The notes beneath the pieces are model-generated. The model did not search any database, had not been told where the DNA came from, and worked only from the letters and a program-made list of their open reading frames with translations. Positions 9,684 to 19,431 of a stretch of 64,000 bases of DNA are shown in pieces (position 1 is the first letter of the stretch; each line of letters begins with the position of its first letter). This DNA comes from a bacterium. GTDB taxonomy: Bacteria > Patescibacteriota > JABMPQ01 > JAUVWW01. The DNA lies in contig JAUVWW010000002.1 of NCBI GenBank assembly GCA_030603885.1, positions 21,991-85,990 on the forward strand, in the 5' to 3' direction. Made by a program: the position numbers and the translations under genes.

Positions 9684-10574
9684 ATGGGAACAATTATCGA
9701 AACAAAAAATTTAACCAAGTATTATGGAAAAACTCGAGGTGTTAAAAACCTCAACCTAGAAGTAAAGAAAGGGGAGATTTTTGGATTTTTGGGTCCTAAT
9801 GGATCCGGCAAGACAACTACCATAAGGGTCCTTTTACATCTTATAAATCCAACTTCTGGAGAAGCGTTTGTTTTTGGTAAAAATGTTAGTGAAAATTATC
9901 CAAGTATTCTTAAAAATATTGGATATCTTCCTGAAGATTTAAACCTTTATGAAAAGATGACCGGAGAGCAGCTTTTGAAATTTGCTTCTGCGTTTTACAA
10001 AAAAGATGACTTAGAAAACCTTAAAAGAAAAGTTATCAATAGATTAAAATGTGAGATGACTACCCGATATAGAAATCTCTCCAAAGGTAATAAACAAAAA
10101 ATAGGAATTTTGTTAGCAATATTTCATAAACCCAAACTCCTAATTTTAGATGAACCCACAGTTGGACTTGATCCATTAACAAAAAATGGATTTTATAGAA
10201 TTTTGTTTGATTTAAATAAGGAAGGCATAACTATTTTTTTCTCATCTCATAATTTGCCTGAGGTAGAAAGAGTCTGTGACAGAATAGGAATTATGAGAGA
10301 TGGAAATCTTGTAGACGTAGAAACGATAGAAGAATTAAGGGCTCATCGAAGAAAGATAGTTGAGATTCATTTTCAGGAATCTTGTAAAAAAGACGAATTT
10401 GAAAGTCTTGAGGGTGTGAAAATTATTGAAGCTAAAAAAGATTATCTATATCTTTATGCTACAAACGCTGCCATTAATCCACTTCTAAAACTTTTGGCTA
10501 GCTATAAAATTAAAGATATTGATTTTTCTTATCCTGACTTAGAAAAAGTCTTTTTGAAATATTACGAAAAATAA
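9684..10574 (+). CDS. ABC transporter ATP-binding protein
   Basis: Walker A GPNGSGKTT, ABC signature LSKGNKQK, Walker B LLILDEPTVGLD. Confidence 0.85.
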   Translation: MGTIIETKNLTKYYGKTRGVKNLNLEVKKGEIFGFLGPNGSGKTTTIRVLLHLINPTSGEAFVFGKNVSENYPSILKNIGYLPEDLNLYEKMTGEQLLKFASAFYKKDDLENLKRKVINRLKCEMTTRYRNLSKGNKQKIGILLAIFHKPKLLILDEPTVGLDPLTKNGFYRILFDLNKEGITIFFSSHNLPEVERVCDRIGIMRDGNLVDVETIEELRAHRRKIVEIHFQESCKKDEFESLEGVKIIEAKKDYLYLYATNAAINPLLKLLASYKIKDIDFSYPDLEKVFLKYYEK

Positions 10575-11378
10575 ATGACTTTCTCATTTTTTAAAAAAAC
10601 TTTTCGAGATTTTAAATGGAGCATTATTTTGTACAGTACGATTAGTTTATTGTTCGAAATAGTGCTTATAGGTTTTTATCCCAGTATTCGAGAGAGAGCT
10701 GAGGAATTTAGAAAAATAATAGAAATCTATCCAGAGAGTTTTGTCAAAGCATTTGGAGTAGAAGCTAGTAGTTTTCAAAGCGTTGAGGGATTTTTATCAG
10801 TTGAGCATTTTTCTTTAACATTTATAATTATCATTGGAATTTTGATTTTCTCTTTGGGGGCATCGATGGTAGCTTCTGAGAAAGATAAAGGTACTTCCGA
10901 GTTTTCATTTACCCTTCCCATTAGACGTTACAAAATAGTTTTAGGAAAATTTATATCAGCTTATTTGATATCTTTTATTGTTGTTTTGGTTTCTCTGATT
11001 GGGGTGATAGTTGGCATGTATGCTATTAATGAAACACCAAAAATTGCCGGTTTCTTAGCTTTTGGGATAGTTTCTTTAGCCATGAGTTTTTTCTTGCTAT
11101 CCTTAACCACTTTTATATCTGCGATTTTTAGCAGCAAAGGAAAAGTATATGGTGTTTGTGGCGTATTTTTTATCTTGTCTTACCTTATCCATATTCTTAA
11201 CGGCATGAGTGAGAAAGTTTCGGATTATTATTTCCTTTCGTTTTTAAAATATTATGGGATTCCGGGAGAGATTTTGACAAGTGGAACCGTTGAATTAAGA
11301 AATATATTGGTATTTTTAGGAGTGGGTGTGATCTTTTTAACACTAGGACTTGTTATTACAGAAAAGAGAGATCTATAA
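10575..11378 (+). CDS. ABC-2 family transporter permease
   Basis: Six predicted TM segments. Its start sits directly on the ATPase stop. Confidence 0.65.
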   Translation: MTFSFFKKTFRDFKWSIILYSTISLLFEIVLIGFYPSIRERAEEFRKIIEIYPESFVKAFGVEASSFQSVEGFLSVEHFSLTFIIIIGILIFSLGASMVASEKDKGTSEFSFTLPIRRYKIVLGKFISAYLISFIVVLVSLIGVIVGMYAINETPKIAGFLAFGIVSLAMSFFLLSLTTFISAIFSSKGKVYGVCGVFFILSYLIHILNGMSEKVSDYYFLSFLKYYGIPGEILTSGTVELRNILVFLGVGVIFLTLGLVITEKRDL

Positions 11379-11565
11379 ATAATGTCTGTAATTAGTTTTT
11401 TATAATTTGACCTTTTTTCCTTTAAGAAATAGAGGGTAGAGTGTGGATATACCCAAAATGTTGTTAGGGTGTAGCCGGTCGCAATAACTGTCTCATTTGT
11501 CCTAATACAACCTCAGGATCGTATATCTTCACCCAATCTAAAGTTCGAAAATCGTCCGTTAGGGC

Positions 11566-11615
11566 GAGCTTTGCACGAAAGTCCGTACAAAAAGCGGGCT
11601 TTTGTGCTTTATTTA
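11566..11615 (+). repeat. copy 2 of the 50-bp terminator-containing element
   Basis: Direct repeat of 9556-9605 with one C/T difference. It is preceded by a weak T-arm-like AGTTCGAAAATCG. Confidence 0.7.
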
Positions 11616-11672
11616 TCCCTAGTTCTAAAAATGTTATAATTAAAATAGATTTTAAGCATAGGATATAAAGAC

Positions 11673-12242
11673 ATGACAAAATTTATATTGCATGGAGGAG
11701 GAATTAGCCGGCCAACTCCGAATAATAAAAAATTTTTTTCTGAAATTGTAAAAGGACTTCCTGAGCCAGTTGAAGTATTGTGTGTATATTTTGCTCAGGA
11801 AAAAGAGAAATGGCCAGAATTATTTGAAATTAGAGGAAAAAAGATATTTTTTTCTTTTTTACCAAAGAAAGTTTTAAAATTTGTCCTGGGAGACACTAAT
11901 AAAGATAAGTTCATTCAACAAATAAAATCAGCAGATGTCATCTATATACACGGTGGAAATACTCTTTTATTAAACAAGCATTTAAGTAAAATCGAGAATT
12001 TTGATAAATTGATTCAGGGCAAAGTTATAGTTGGCTTATGTGCAGGTGCTAAGATTCTTGGTAAATATTCTTATTCGGAACACAGAGGTCATGTTGAAGA
12101 AAACTTAGGAATATTACCCATTAAAATTTTTTGTCATTATACAAAAGAAAAGGCCGAAAAATTTAAAGAACTAAAAGAGTATAAAGAAGATTTAAAAACT
12201 TACACTATACCAGAAGGAAAATATTATGTTATTAGTGTTTAA
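11673..12242 (+). CDS. class I glutamine amidotransferase-like / peptidase S51 (dipeptidase E)-like protein
   Basis: VIYIHGGNT and VGLCAGAKILG (nucleophile elbow with Cys) motifs. The assignment is weak. Confidence 0.35.
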   Translation: MTKFILHGGGISRPTPNNKKFFSEIVKGLPEPVEVLCVYFAQEKEKWPELFEIRGKKIFFSFLPKKVLKFVLGDTNKDKFIQQIKSADVIYIHGGNTLLLNKHLSKIENFDKLIQGKVIVGLCAGAKILGKYSYSEHRGHVEENLGILPIKIFCHYTKEKAEKFKELKEYKEDLKTYTIPEGKYYVISV

Positions 12243-12245
12243 GTT

Positions 12246-12743
12246 ATGAAAGAAATAATTATTCAAGAATTACTGAAAAAAGCAAAACAATTGCAAGAAC
12301 AAGGAAAAGATTGGCATTTTCATATGTTAACTCCTGATTGTATTTTTAATGTGAGAAGTGATAAACATGCTTTTGTTCTTGAAAATAGAACTGACAATGA
12401 GACTCATGTGGTTTATTCAGACGAAAGATATATGGAAGTAGGACAAAAACTTGTAAAAATGCTTCATGGGAATGAAATATTAGACGAAAACAAAGGAACG
12501 TCAAAGCTCAGAGATGAAAAAATACAAATTATTCTTCAAAAAGCTAAAGAATTAAACGAAAGAAATATCCCCTGGCATCATCACATGCTTTTTCCAGATT
12601 GTATATTTAACAAACATAAAGAAAAGTGGTGTATAGTTTTTGAAGATCCTGAAGAAGATAAGACAATAGAATTTGTTTCTGATAGAGAGCCTAAAGAAGT
12701 TTTAAGAAAAATTGAAATTCTATATTATAAACAGAAAAAGTAA
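12246..12743 (+). CDS. hypothetical protein with an internal tandem duplication (2 x ~80 aa, W-H-x-H-M-L-x-P-D-C-I-F-N motif)
   Basis: The two halves align (LLKKAKQLQEQGKDWHFHMLTPDCIFN vs ILQKAKELNERNIPWHHHMLFPDCIFN). No family recognised. Confidence 0.45.
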   Translation: MKEIIIQELLKKAKQLQEQGKDWHFHMLTPDCIFNVRSDKHAFVLENRTDNETHVVYSDERYMEVGQKLVKMLHGNEILDENKGTSKLRDEKIQIILQKAKELNERNIPWHHHMLFPDCIFNKHKEKWCIVFEDPEEDKTIEFVSDREPKEVLRKIEILYYKQKK

Positions 12744-12744
12744 T

Positions 12745-13269
12745 ATGAAAATATATTTTGCAACTCATGCTACTACAACAGATAATGAGAAGGACATAGC
12801 TTCGGGTTGGAAAGATGTTGGATTATCCCAACTTGGTATCCAGCAAGCCAAAGAGTTAGGAGAAAGGTTTAAAGATATAAAAATAGATTTAATTTGTTGC
12901 TCGGATTTTAAAAGAGCTGCAGAGACAGTAAAAATAGCCTTTGAAGATAAATTACCTGTTATTATTGATAGAAGGTTGAGAGAGCTTAACTACGGAGATT
13001 TTAATGGAAAGCCAAGCGAGATAGTGGAGCTAATGAAAAAAGAAAGGATAAAAGAACCCTTTCCTAATGGAGAAAGTTACGAGCAAGCAATGGTAAGAGT
13101 TCACGATTTCTATCTTGAGTTAAAGAAAAACCATCCAGAAAAGACAGTTTTGGTTGTTGGTCATCGTGCTACTCAATTTGGTTTAGATACGCTGGTTGGT
13201 GGTAAAACCCTTGAAGATTGTTTGAGTGTACCATTCAGATGGCAACCTTATTGGGAATATAATCTTTGA
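12745..13269 (+). CDS. histidine phosphatase superfamily (phosphoglycerate mutase-like) protein
   Basis: N-terminal FATHATTTDNE (His-nucleophile motif; the canonical R and G are replaced by T and A) and ..VVGHRAT.. near the C-terminus. I chose the internal Met at 12745. Confidence 0.6.
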   Translation: MKIYFATHATTTDNEKDIASGWKDVGLSQLGIQQAKELGERFKDIKIDLICCSDFKRAAETVKIAFEDKLPVIIDRRLRELNYGDFNGKPSEIVELMKKERIKEPFPNGESYEQAMVRVHDFYLELKKNHPEKTVLVVGHRATQFGLDTLVGGKTLEDCLSVPFRWQPYWEYNL

Positions 13270-13282
13270 TTAGGATGGATTT

Positions 13283-13909
13283 ATGAAAAAGAAAGCTAAA
13301 ATTTTAATTGCTACTACCAATCCCGCCAAAAAGAAATATTTAGAATGGGTGATAGAAGATTTGGATTTTAATATAGTCTATCTTGACCAATTAAAGAAAA
13401 AGATAAATTTTAAAGAAATAGGCAAAAACTTTAAAGAAAACGCTGAATTGAAAGCTTCCCAATATTCGAACTTGTTTGGCTATTTAACTATCTGTTCTGA
13501 TGGTGGCTTAATAATCCCTGCCCTAGGAAATAATTGGAATAGTTTGTTAACCCATCGCTTTGCCGGAGAGAAAGCCACTGACCTTGATCGGGTTAATGAA
13601 CTTTTGAAAATAATGCAGAAATACAAAGGGCATGAAAGAAAAATTTATTTTCAAGATGCAATTGCTCTGGCTCAGCAAGGCCGAGCACTCTTTTCTTATG
13701 AAGCAAGAAGTGGTCCAAGATATCTATCTCGTTCCTATAATCCCGAGAAATTTATTAAGGGTTTTTGGGTTGCTAATCTCATATATTATCCCGAGCTTAA
13801 AAAACATTATACTGAATTATCTAAAAAGGAAAAGTTAAAAATTCCCTCTAGCCACTGGCGGGAATTAAAGAAAAAAGTAGAAGAATTTATAAAAGAGAAG
13901 TTGAAATAA
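13283..13909 (+). CDS. Ham1/RdgB-like non-canonical purine NTP pyrophosphatase
   Basis: ATTNPAKK, FKENAELKA, ATDLDRVNELL and C-terminal SHWRE motifs line up with RdgB/ITPase as recalled. Confidence 0.55.
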   Translation: MKKKAKILIATTNPAKKKYLEWVIEDLDFNIVYLDQLKKKINFKEIGKNFKENAELKASQYSNLFGYLTICSDGGLIIPALGNNWNSLLTHRFAGEKATDLDRVNELLKIMQKYKGHERKIYFQDAIALAQQGRALFSYEARSGPRYLSRSYNPEKFIKGFWVANLIYYPELKKHYTELSKKEKLKIPSSHWRELKKKVEEFIKEKLK

Positions 13910-13956
13910 GCATTAAAAAGCCTCAGCCTCTCACGTATTTGTTATACTGAAAATGT

Positions 13957-15522
13957 ATGCCTCAAGAGAAAATGATCAAAGCCTTACTTTATCCTAAGGC
14001 TTATCCTTACAAAGTAAGAAAGATAAAGCTCATCCAGACCTATATTTCCTGGGTTCTTTTAACTGGTAAGTATGTTTATAAAATAAAAAAGCCAGTAAAA
14101 TATTCTCATTTGAATTTTTCCACTCTAAAAAGAAGGGAATTTTTTTGTAAAAGAGAGCTAAGGTTAAATAGAAGAATTTGTCCAGAGGTTTATTTGGATG
14201 TGGTCCCTATTACTAAAAAAGGGAAAAAGATTCAAATAGGAGGTCAAGGAAGAGTAATTGATTGGGCAATAAAGATGAAACAGCTTCAACCAAAATGGGC
14301 TCTTGATTACTTAGCTATTAAGAAAAAGGTCACTAAGCCAAAGATAGATAAAATAGCCAAGATCATTGCTCAATTTCATAGCCAAGCCAGAACATCCTCC
14401 TATATTAAAAGATTTGGTGCTTTAAAAGTTGTCAAGAAAAATTGGAGAGAGAATTTCTCCCAAACAAAGGACTTTGTAGACCAGACTATCTCAAAGCCTA
14501 TCTTCAATTTTATTAGAAATAAAGTAAATGAGTATTTTATAAAAAACAGAACTCTTTTTAAAAAAAGAATATCTCAGGGTAAAATAAAAGACTGTCATGG
14601 AGATCTTCTAGCTTCTGATATTTATGTTTTACCCAAAAAGATCTACATTACTGATTGCATCGAATTTAACCGTCGATTTCGATATCAAGATACAGCTTCA
14701 GATATTGCCTTTTTAGCCATGGATCTAGACTTTCTTGACCGAAGCGATCTTTCAGATTATTTAGTAAAAAGATATATAACTTATACCAAAGATAAAGAAT
14801 TGACCAAACTTCTTTCTTTTTATAAGTGCTACCGAGCTTATGTCAGAGGAAAAGTTTATAGTTTCAATACCAGAGATCTAAGTATTTCTAAAGAAGAGAG
14901 AGAAAAATTTGAGGAAAAAGCTCAGGCTCATTTTGCTCTAGCCTTTAGATATGCCCATCAGTTTTCTAAGAGCAAGCCCTTTTTGTTGATTATGTGTGGA
15001 CCAGTAGGTTCAGGCAAGAGCTGGTTGGCAACTCATCTTGCCAGGGTCGCTTTAGCCCAACATATCCGTTCGGATTTAGTAAGGAAGGAACTTTTAGGTA
15101 TCAAACCTTTTGAGTACAGAAAGAAAGGCCTTAGAAAAATTTATGCCAAACAAGTTACTGATCGAGTGTATAGAGAAATAATAAAGAGAGCTAGAAAGTT
15201 ACTTAAGGATGGACAGCCTGTCATTTTAGATGCCACTTTTGGAAAACAATACCACCGAGACCTAGCTTTCAAAATGGCTAAAAGCATGAAAATCCCTTAT
15301 TGGCTAATAGAGTGCTTTACGCCCGAGAAAACCATTTTGAAATTTTTAAGAAAAAGGAAAAAATTAAAAGAGATTTCTGATGCAGATATTAAAGTGTATT
15401 TAAAGACAAAGAAAGAGTTTGAGCCACCAAAAATTCCAAAAGAACATTATATAAAAGTAAACACTCCAAAAGGCATTATTTGGTGTGTGAATAAAGTGTT
15501 AGACAAAGTTTTAAAAATTTAA
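13957..15522 (+). CDS. bifunctional aminoglycoside-phosphotransferase-like kinase / P-loop ATPase protein
   Basis: N-terminal APH-type kinase motifs (HGDL..DI, D..F) and a C-terminal Walker A (MCGPVGSGKSWLA). Confidence 0.55.
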   Translation: MPQEKMIKALLYPKAYPYKVRKIKLIQTYISWVLLTGKYVYKIKKPVKYSHLNFSTLKRREFFCKRELRLNRRICPEVYLDVVPITKKGKKIQIGGQGRVIDWAIKMKQLQPKWALDYLAIKKKVTKPKIDKIAKIIAQFHSQARTSSYIKRFGALKVVKKNWRENFSQTKDFVDQTISKPIFNFIRNKVNEYFIKNRTLFKKRISQGKIKDCHGDLLASDIYVLPKKIYITDCIEFNRRFRYQDTASDIAFLAMDLDFLDRSDLSDYLVKRYITYTKDKELTKLLSFYKCYRAYVRGKVYSFNTRDLSISKEEREKFEEKAQAHFALAFRYAHQFSKSKPFLLIMCGPVGSGKSWLATHLARVALAQHIRSDLVRKELLGIKPFEYRKKGLRKIYAKQVTDRVYREIIKRARKLLKDGQPVILDATFGKQYHRDLAFKMAKSMKIPYWLIECFTPEKTILKFLRKRKKLKEISDADIKVYLKTKKEFEPPKIPKEHYIKVNTPKGIIWCVNKVLDKVLKI

Positions 15523-15573
15523 GATTTAATGTACAATGAATGAAGAATTATCTAAGAAAGGAGGTGATAAACT

Positions 15574-16074
15574 ATGCCAGTATCTCAAGCGCTTCTAAAT
15601 CTTTTAAACAAAAACAAAATCAAATACGAAGTCCTAAAACATAAAATGGTCTATACTGCTTTTGATTTAGCCAAGACCTTGCATGTTGATCCTAAACAAA
15701 TCGGCAAAGACCTGGCGATGAAGATAGACAGAGAATATGTGATTGCCATTGTTCCTGCTACCAGAAACTTAGATGTGCCTAAGTTAAAGAAAGTGATCAA
15801 TGCCCAAAGAAAAAAAGAAGACAAGAAAGCAGTCAAGAAGATGAGTTTTGCTCAAGAGACTTGGATGAAAAAGAATCTTAAAGGTAAAGTTGGAGCTAAT
15901 CCTCCATTTGGAACTTTACAGAAACTACCTGTCTATTTAGATAAAGCTTTGATGAAAGTATCAAAGATGATTGTCAATGGAGGAGATTATACTTATTCTG
16001 TAAGCCTAACTCCCAAGCAATTTGTAAAGTTAGAAAAACCAATTTTGGGAAGTTTTGGTAAGGCAAGAAAATAG
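15574..16074 (+). CDS. YbaK/ProX-like aminoacyl-tRNA deacylase domain protein
   Basis: Size and spaced motifs (..VPATRNLD..K.., VNGG) resemble the YbaK/EbsC family. Weak assignment. Confidence 0.4.
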   Translation: MPVSQALLNLLNKNKIKYEVLKHKMVYTAFDLAKTLHVDPKQIGKDLAMKIDREYVIAIVPATRNLDVPKLKKVINAQRKKEDKKAVKKMSFAQETWMKKNLKGKVGANPPFGTLQKLPVYLDKALMKVSKMIVNGGDYTYSVSLTPKQFVKLEKPILGSFGKARK

Positions 16075-16095
16075 TAATTACGCTAATTTACGCGA

Positions 16096-16464
16096 ATGAT
16101 TCATAAACAGTCTATTTTTAGATGGTTAGCCGTAGCTTTATGGTGTGGAATAATATTCTATTTCTCATCTATTCCTTCTCTAAGAATCACCTATGGAATT
16201 TGGGATCTGATTTTACGCAAGATGATCCATGCAGCTGAGTTTGGCATTCTCACTTTTTTAGTATACAAAGCTTTAAATCCTAAAAATAAACCTCAAACAA
16301 AAAAAGCCCTCATTTGGGCTTTTATTTTTTCTTTTTTCTATGCCATTTCAGATGAAATCCATCAAGGTTTTATTGAGGGAAGGCATGCTAATATTTTGGA
16401 TGTGGGAATTGATAGTCTAGGAATAGCACTTGTAGGATGGTATTTGGTCAAAAGAAATTACTGA
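16096..16464 (+). CDS. VanZ family membrane protein
   Basis: Four TM segments with conserved MIHAAEFGILTF and SDEIHQGFIEGR motifs. Confidence 0.6.
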   Translation: MIHKQSIFRWLAVALWCGIIFYFSSIPSLRITYGIWDLILRKMIHAAEFGILTFLVYKALNPKNKPQTKKALIWAFIFSFFYAISDEIHQGFIEGRHANILDVGIDSLGIALVGWYLVKRNY

Positions 16465-17421
16465 TTATCTTCTTTTGACTCTAATCAATCCTGAACAAGG
16501 GATTATTTTTATTCCTTTTTTTTCTAATCTATCCAAAAATAGATTCATTCCTAAAGAATCAGAAGCCATATGACCAGCAATAATAACATTAATGTGATGC
16601 TTTTCTGCTTCATTTTTCCATTCCTCTTGCATATGCATGCCAACAATAGTTCCTACCCCAGCCATACTTAATCTCTCATATATTTTTTTGTTTCCCGATG
16701 TTCCTCCAGTCACCTCAGATAAAGCAATTTTTCCTGTTCTTCTCTCAGGTTTTCCTACAAAAATAGAAGGACCAGCACCCATCTTGGCTGCTATTTTATA
16801 TTCAGGGATGGATTTTAAAAGTTTCATAATATCAGCTACAGTTTCTGGTTTAGCCCTATCTATTTTGTTCTTTAAAAATTTAGCTACCAAATTGTCACAG
16901 GCAGTATGAGAACAGAGTAGAGGGATTTTTAGGATTCTTGCTGCATCGACTGGTCGATTGTGATTTTGAGAAGAAACAGAACGGAAAACCTCACTCATTC
17001 TTTTTTCAATTAAATCCTCGGCTACATTAATGGGCACACCCAGTTTAGCCACTAAATCAGCTTGGAGTTCCATAACATCATCCAATCTAGCTAAAGCTTC
17101 TCCTAATGGATGATGACTGATTATTAAATCAATCTGTTTACCTTTTTCTGAAAGCCTATCAGCCATTAAAATTTCACTAACGCTAATATCGATACCAGCT
17201 AGAATTTGTTTTACTCTTTGATTTGGCTCACCAAATAAAATTCTAGTATCAGAGTAAGGATTGACCAATCTTTCTCGATCAAATTCTTTTTGTTCTTCTT
17301 TTGATAACTCTTTTAATTTCTCTCTTTCTCTTTTTAACTTTCTTTGGATACCAGATTTTCCTCTAAGATCAGCTTTTGAGCCTAGTTTAATAGCTAATTG
17401 GTAGATTTGTTTTATAGTCAT
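16465..17421 (-). CDS. Nif3-like dinuclear metal centre protein (DUF34)
   Basis: DLIISHHP and C-terminal [11 protein letters not shown] motifs. Confidence 0.45.
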   Translation of the reverse strand: MTIKQIYQLAIKLGSKADLRGKSGIQRKLKREREKLKELSKEEQKEFDRERLVNPYSDTRILFGEPNQRVKQILAGIDISVSEILMADRLSEKGKQIDLIISHHPLGEALARLDDVMELQADLVAKLGVPINVAEDLIEKRMSEVFRSVSSQNHNRPVDAARILKIPLLCSHTACDNLVAKFLKNKIDRAKPETVADIMKLLKSIPEYKIAAKMGAGPSIFVGKPERRTGKIALSEVTGGTSGNKKIYERLSMAGVGTIVGMHMQEEWKNEAEKHHINVIIAGHMASDSLGMNLFLDRLEKKGIKIIPCSGLIRVKRR

Positions 17422-17765
17422 GATTTTATGGTTTCAACTATCTTTTTAAAAGTTTTAGGATGGCTAACTGCTAAATCGGCTAGAATTTTTCTATCCAGTT
17501 CTATTTTAGCTTTTTTTAGGCCATTAATAAATTTACCATAGGTTAGACCATGCTGTCTACAAGCAGCATTGATTCTTTGGATCCAAAGTTTTCGAAACTC
17601 TCTCTTTTTTACTCTCCTATCTCGATAAGCATAAACCCCAGCTTTAAGTAAAGCCTCTTTAGCTGCTCTGTATTTTTTGTGTCGGGCAGCCAGATAACCT
17701 TTAGCTCTTTTTATTATTTTCTTTTTTCTTTTTCTTTTAGCTACTCCTCTTTTTACTCTAACCAT
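17418..17765 (-). CDS. rplT: 50S ribosomal protein L20
   Basis: [16 protein letters not shown]-terminus and ...AYRDRR..KR.FR.LWI.RINAA. The ORF track extends to 17780; I chose the Met matching L20. Confidence 0.9.
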   Translation of the reverse strand: MVRVKRGVAKRKRKKKIIKRAKGYLAARHKKYRAAKEALLKAGVYAYRDRRVKKREFRKLWIQRINAACRQHGLTYGKFINGLKKAKIELDRKILADLAVSHPKTFKKIVETIKS

Positions 17766-17793
17766 AATAACAATTAACAATTAGCAATTTGGT

Positions 17794-17997
17794 TTATCCA
17801 TATGGTAATAATCGTTTTATCTGCTGTCTAGAAGTTATATGAACTCTTTTTAGTCTTCTTTTAGCTCTTGTTTTCTTTCCGGGATCTCTAGCATTAAAAT
17901 GATCCTGATGAGTTTTCCTATGCAGGTATTTTTTTCTTTTAGTTATCTTAATTCTTTTAGCTGTTGCTTTGTGAGTTTTTAGTTTCATGACTTTCAA
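17794..17997 (-). CDS. rpmI: 50S ribosomal protein L35
   Basis: MKLKTHKATAKRIKIT... is typical of L35 and sits in an infC-rpmI-rplT operon. Confidence 0.85.
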   Translation of the reverse strand: MKVMKLKTHKATAKRIKITKRKKYLHRKTHQDHFNARDPGKKTRAKRRLKRVHITSRQQIKRLLPYG

Positions 17998-18482
17998 CTT
18001 ACTTTTGTGATAATCATAGCTAGCCCTAGCCTTTGTCTTTTGGGCTCTTGTTCAATTTTTACCTTTTCCTTCATTATCTCAATAAATTCATCAAACCTCT
18101 TTTTAGCCAAGTCTCGGTGAGTCCACTCTCTCCCTTTTAAGACTAGCTCAATTCTTACTTTATGTCCTTGTTTAACAAATTTATCTGCTTGTCTAGCTTT
18201 AAAGGCAAGATCATGCTTTGAGGTTCTTAAAGAGATTCGGATTCCTTTAACGGCCACCTTTTTTTGCTTTTTCTTTAGTTTCTGTTCCTTCTTCATTAGC
18301 TGATATTTATATTTTCCATAATCTAGGATTTTACATACCGGAGGCTGAGCTTTCGGAGATACCTCTATTAAATCAAGCCCTTTTTCTTTGGCTAAGGTAA
18401 GGGCTTTTTCTGTTGCTAGGATACCCAAATTTTTTCCAGTTTCATCAACGACTCGAACTTTAGGTACTCCAATCTGATAGTT
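17994..18482 (-). CDS. infC: translation initiation factor IF-3 (start uncertain, probably a non-AUG AUU/AUC codon)
   Basis: The ORF track starts at a TTG (18428), but the frame stays open upstream and encodes IYQIGVPKVRVVDETGKNLGI, matching the IF-3 N-domain. Downstream motifs (LDLIEVSP.A.PPVCKI.DYGKYKY) are present. IF-3 commonly initiates at AUU. Confidence 0.75.
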   Translation of the reverse strand, partial: NYQIGVPKVRVVDETGKNLGILATEKALTLAKEKGLDLIEVSPKAQPPVCKILDYGKYKYQLMKKEQKLKKKQKKVAVKGIRISLRTSKHDLAFKARQADKFVKQGHKVRIELVLKGREWTHRDLAKKRFDEFIEIMKEKVKIEQEPKRQRLGLAMIITKVS

Positions 18483-18537
18483 GATTCTGATTTTTTGGGA
18501 AGTTTGGATAGGTTTAAAAAATTAAAAATTATTAAGT

Positions 18538-18886
18538 GGAGATGGGGGGAGTTGAACCCCCGTCTAGAGAATCAATCTAAAAATTTCTACAGGCTTAGTT
18601 TATTTTTATTTTTCTGGCTTTTAGTCGAAAATAAACAAAATCCAAAAGCCAAAAGCTTGGAAAAATTCGACAACCCTGTCAAGCTAAAGAGCTGTTATAC
18701 CCTGAGTTTATGACACCTTACTTTGTCTTTCAGGGAAGACAAAGTAGGCGGAAGAAGCTGCCTTAGCAGACTTCTACAGTTTGAGGTTGTAAGTTTGCAC
18801 TTACTATTTTGGAACAGTTTTGCGAGTTATTCCAGCTCGGCCTGCTATCTTCAAATTGAAGTTTCTATCGAAGCCTGTCATCCCCT
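18538..18886 (-). ncRNA. ssrA: tmRNA (ssrA)
   Basis: On the minus strand the 5' end is GGGGATGACAGGCTTCGATAG, close to the tmRNA consensus GGGGnUGnnnGGnUUCGAC. The 3' end is ..GACGGGGGTTCAACTCCCCCCATCTCC with a T-arm and acceptor strand, giving a 7-bp acceptor with a G3.U70 alanine identity pair. smpB lies immediately upstream on the same strand. I could not read the tag ORF with confidence. Confidence 0.8.
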
Positions 18887-18898
18887 TATTAAAACCCC

Positions 18899-19348
18899 TT
18901 ACTCTAGCTTTCCTCGCAAAGCACGCCTAATTTTTCTTTCAGCCTCTCTTTTTTTAATGAGCTCCCTTTTTTCATACTTTCTTTTTCCTCGGCATAAACC
19001 AAATTCTACCTTTATCAACCCTCTTTTAGTATATACTCCAAGGGGTATCAGTGTCAAGCCTCTTTGCTTCAATTTGCCTAAAATAGAATCTATTTCCTTT
19101 TTATGAAGTAATAGCTTACGGGTTCTAGTTGGATCATAACCTTCAAGCCTTGCTTTTTTATATGGCGAGATATGGCAATTCAAAAGCCAGCCTTGCCCAT
19201 CTTTTATAGTGACATGGCTTCCTTTAAGACTGATTTGCTTTAGTTTAGCTGATTTTACCTCTGGGCCGGTAAGTTCAATTCCGGCTTCATACTTCTTTAG
19301 AATTTCGTAGTCGTACTTTGCGCGTTTGTTAAAAGCTAGGTTAGTCAT
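18899..19348 (-). CDS. smpB: SsrA-binding protein SmpB
   Basis: NKRAKYDYEILKKYEAGIELTGPEVKS ... C-terminal basic tail; classic SmpB. Confidence 0.9.
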   Translation of the reverse strand: MTNLAFNKRAKYDYEILKKYEAGIELTGPEVKSAKLKQISLKGSHVTIKDGQGWLLNCHISPYKKARLEGYDPTRTRKLLLHKKEIDSILGKLKQRGLTLIPLGVYTKRGLIKVEFGLCRGKRKYEKRELIKKREAERKIRRALRGKLE

Positions 19349-19431
19349 GATTAAAGTGTAGCATAAAGATAGAATTACGAGAATTTTTCTTTTATTAATA
19401 ATCTGCTAAGATAGGAATATAATATTTTGCT

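Noticed and set aside
11464-11679. 71-aa minus-strand ORF spanning the second terminator repeat
   Set aside because: It overlaps the hairpin/terminator element and intergenic DNA, and has no RBS.
18495-19106. Two plus-strand ORFs (72 and 127 aa) from the ORF track
   Set aside because: They lie entirely within the minus-strand tmRNA gene and the smpB 3' region, so they are RNA-gene shadows.
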